Source of the DNA: Candidatus Bathyarchaeota archaeon
Lineage (GTDB): Archaea > Thermoproteota > Bathyarchaeia > Bathyarchaeales > Bathycorpusculaceae
Length of the DNA: 18,040 bases
Direction of reading: 5' to 3'
Assembly (NCBI GenBank): GCA_963768425.1
Contig: CAVYHV010000031.1
Coordinates: 1-18,040, forward strand
Below the pieces are notes generated by a model that was given only the letters and a program-made list of their open reading frames with translations, had not been told where the DNA came from and made no database searches. Below are positions 17,086 through 18,040 of this stretch, piece by piece. The position numbers and the translations under genes are program-made. Position 1 is the first letter of the stretch, and every line of letters begins with the position of its first letter.

Positions 17086-17691
17086 CTATCCAACTTGGTT
17101 TATTATGACTTTAGCGTTAGGTGGGAATAATGTGTTAGTTCCGTATGTTACAGTATATTGCAGGATAAATGGAACATTCACTATTTGGGGTGGTGAGGGG
17201 ATATCGTTTGCGTTTCCAAATTGGAACATAATGCCTCCTGTGATGCTTCCCGTATTAAGAAGTGTATTTGACGGTAACTGATTTGGCATAAAATATGCGT
17301 TTATCGCGTTATTAGATTCAGTGTCTAAAACTGGGTAGACAGCAGTTGCAGAATATTTTACATTATTAATAACAACATCGAAACCGTTTATTCCATTTGT
17401 GTTTATTTGCTGATATCCGTGATTGGTTATCGTTACGTTTAGTACAAGATATGTGTAATTGTATGAGTCGAGATTATTGATAAACCACCCTATTGTTGAG
17501 TAATCTACCCCAACGTAAGGACTACCAGTTAAAGGAGTTGATGTAGAACTAGGGTTTGACTGTGGCGATGTTGTTATGCTTGGACTTGCATTCTTATTTT
17601 GTTGTTGATTTGGAAGCAAATGACCTATAGCCGCTAGCGTCACCAAAATTACAAAAAATGCAACAATTCCGATCATAACTTTCATGTACAC
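17086..17691 (-). CDS. Membrane-anchored DUF4352-like Ig-fold exported protein
   Basis: N-terminal TM, S/T/P linker, YLVLNVTITNHG...F.V...TLLNTGSITGGIMFQ pattern. Confidence 0.75.
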   Translation of the reverse strand: MYMKVMIGIVAFFVILVTLAAIGHLLPNQQQNKNASPSITTSPQSNPSSTSTPLTGSPYVGVDYSTIGWFINNLDSYNYTYLVLNVTITNHGYQQINTNGINGFDVVINNVKYSATAVYPVLDTESNNAINAYFMPNQLPSNTLLNTGSITGGIMFQFGNANDIPSPPQIVNVPFILQYTVTYGTNTLFPPNAKVIINQVG

Positions 17692-17790
17692 TTTCGTTCT
17701 AAGGCTCTCCTTTTCTTAGAATGACGATTAGGCTCTCTGTATACTACTAAGATTTAAGATTTGGCTTTGTGAAAAAATTTTAAGAACAGT

Positions 17791-17991
17791 CTATTTCTTA
17801 TTCTTCAGTTTAATCTCGGGGTAGACAATCGTCATTTTGTGTGGGTTATGATTCCCGCAGAAACAAAGCCAAAGGCCATTATCATCTTTAACTATAAGTT
17901 CTGCCATTTGTCCACATGCTAGGATATCGCAAAAAGTTTTCTGTAAATCCTTTACAACCTCATCATAAGGAGTTACTTTGGGTCTAACCAC
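17791..17991 (-). CDS. Small Cys/His-containing hypothetical protein
   Basis: 66 aa with CDILAC...CFCGNH as possible Zn ligands. Confidence 0.55.
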   Translation of the reverse strand: MVRPKVTPYDEVVKDLQKTFCDILACGQMAELIVKDDNGLWLCFCGNHNPHKMTIVYPEIKLKNKK

Positions 17992-18040
17992 TCACACACA
18001 CTCGTTATTACCATACAATTTTTTTTGGATAAATAACTTT

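Noticed and set aside
1-18040. CRISPR array, tRNA/rRNA, integrase/att sites, DGR template repeats
   Set aside because: None seen. The adhesin repeats differ at synonymous positions, not specifically at adenines, and no reverse transcriptase is present.

Overview
AT-rich archaeal genomic window. The protein families and promoter/RBS style suggest Bathyarchaeia; this is an inference. It has three zones. (1) 1-5030: small Zn-finger genes, a membrane-anchored arylsulfotransferase-family protein and a secreted TIM-barrel-like protein. (2) ~5457-13860: a 5'-truncated IS1182-family remnant next to a visibly GC-richer, mostly minus-strand cell-surface cluster. The cluster holds a small Ig-like secreted protein, a 4-TM protein, a CPBP/PrsW-clan intramembrane protease, a ~1174-aa repeat adhesin, an anchored surface protein, a truncated regulator-like peptide and a GWN-repeat secreted protein. 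(3) 13885-16772: a three-gene defence operon of a DCD-domain/amino-DNA-methyltransferase fusion, a BsaWI-like CCGG-family restriction endonuclease and an HNH-like protein, followed by a DUF4352-like exported protein. At least seven genes are broken by single-base indels. This most likely reflects assembly noise, so the ORF track splits or truncates several real genes; they are rejoined below.
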